The translations under genes and the position numbers were made by a program. From Candidatus Electrothrix sp. GW3-4 (lineage in GTDB: Bacteria > Desulfobacterota > Desulfobulbia > Desulfobulbales > Desulfobulbaceae), in contig NZ_CP147990.1 of the NCBI RefSeq assembly GCF_037902255.1, forward strand, positions 4,410,001-4,442,000: 32,000 nt of DNA, in the 5' to 3' direction. Each line of letters opens with the position of its first letter. Position 1 is the first letter of the stretch. Positions 31,874-32,000 of this stretch are shown in pieces. The notes beneath the pieces are model-generated. The model ran no database searches, was not told where the DNA came from, and worked only from the letters and a program-made list of their open reading frames with translations.

Positions 31874-32000
31874 TCAGGTCTTGAAGATGGCGCGTATATT
31901 CTGCCCCATACGCCCTTTTACTGAGCGAAGATGCCGAAGCCACCGTTTCCGTTCCAAAAAAAAACGAAGCGCAATCGTTTGCACGCCGTTCACCAATCTG
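31874..32000 (-). CDS. 3' end of an upstream gene of the glycan operon (partial, runs off the right edge)
   Basis: The frame reads ...RLVNGVQTIALRFFLERKRWLRHLRSVKGRMGQNIRAIFKT* with its stop at 31874-31876. That leaves a tidy 36-nt gap with an RBS before the methyltransferase. An alternative open frame (the 31716-31943 ORF) would overlap the methyltransferase by 122 nt. Confidence 0.35.
   Translation of the reverse strand, partial: RLVNGVQTIALRFFLERKRWLRHLRSVKGRMGQNIRAIFKT

Noticed and set aside
31716-31943. 75-aa minus-strand ORF, open to the window edge, overlapping the methyltransferase start
   Set aside because: It overlaps the methyltransferase by 122 nt in another frame and its C-terminal part is not protein-like. 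The alternative frame ending at 31874 gives a normal stop, 36-nt spacer, RBS and ATG arrangement.
16435-32000. Genomic island or mobile element delimiting the glycan cluster
   Set aside because: Despite the AT-rich core, I found no integrase, transposase, tRNA, IS ends or flanking direct repeats in the window. It is treated as a chromosomal variable glycan locus, not a mobile element.

Overview
32-kb chromosomal window with mosaic base composition. The gene content fits an anaerobic, Desulfobacterota-like bacterium, but that taxon is inference only. Left part (1-7 kb, mostly minus strand): a canonical PilZ c-di-GMP receptor gene (+), then folK, a stand-alone H-NOX haem sensor, dapB, dapA and dapF. 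Two tandem paralogous small two-TM proteins and an exactly 21-bp-phased, 11-unit A/T-rich repeat array sit between dapA and dapB. Middle (7-16.4 kb): a Cys-rich secreted protein and a ThiC-family radical-SAM gene. That gene is preceded by a cobalamin riboswitch rather than a TPP riboswitch, which suggests a BzaF-type 5-hydroxybenzimidazole synthase. Next come an AT-rich lipoprotein-hydrolase plus small-OMP pair, and a second cobalamin riboswitch with its own promoter and terminator but no cargo gene. These are followed by dapL (LL-DAP aminotransferase lysine route), a P/R/V-repeat SH3 protein and zwf. Right half (16.4-32 kb, all minus strand): a tightly packed, partly AT-rich glycan-biosynthesis operon. 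It encodes a methyltransferase, five GT-B (GT4-like) and two GT2 glycosyltransferases, a Wzy-like membrane protein, two unrelated sulfotransferases and a PglC/PglD/PglE-like trio. Embedded in it is an AlbA_2/HATPase/wHTH gene with a 4 x 11-bp out-of-frame tandem repeat, and the aminotransferase gene has a C9 homopolymer at its 5' end. I saw no rRNA, tRNA, CRISPR array, transposase or integrase. All calls rest on reading the translations and the sequence by eye; no database search was run.
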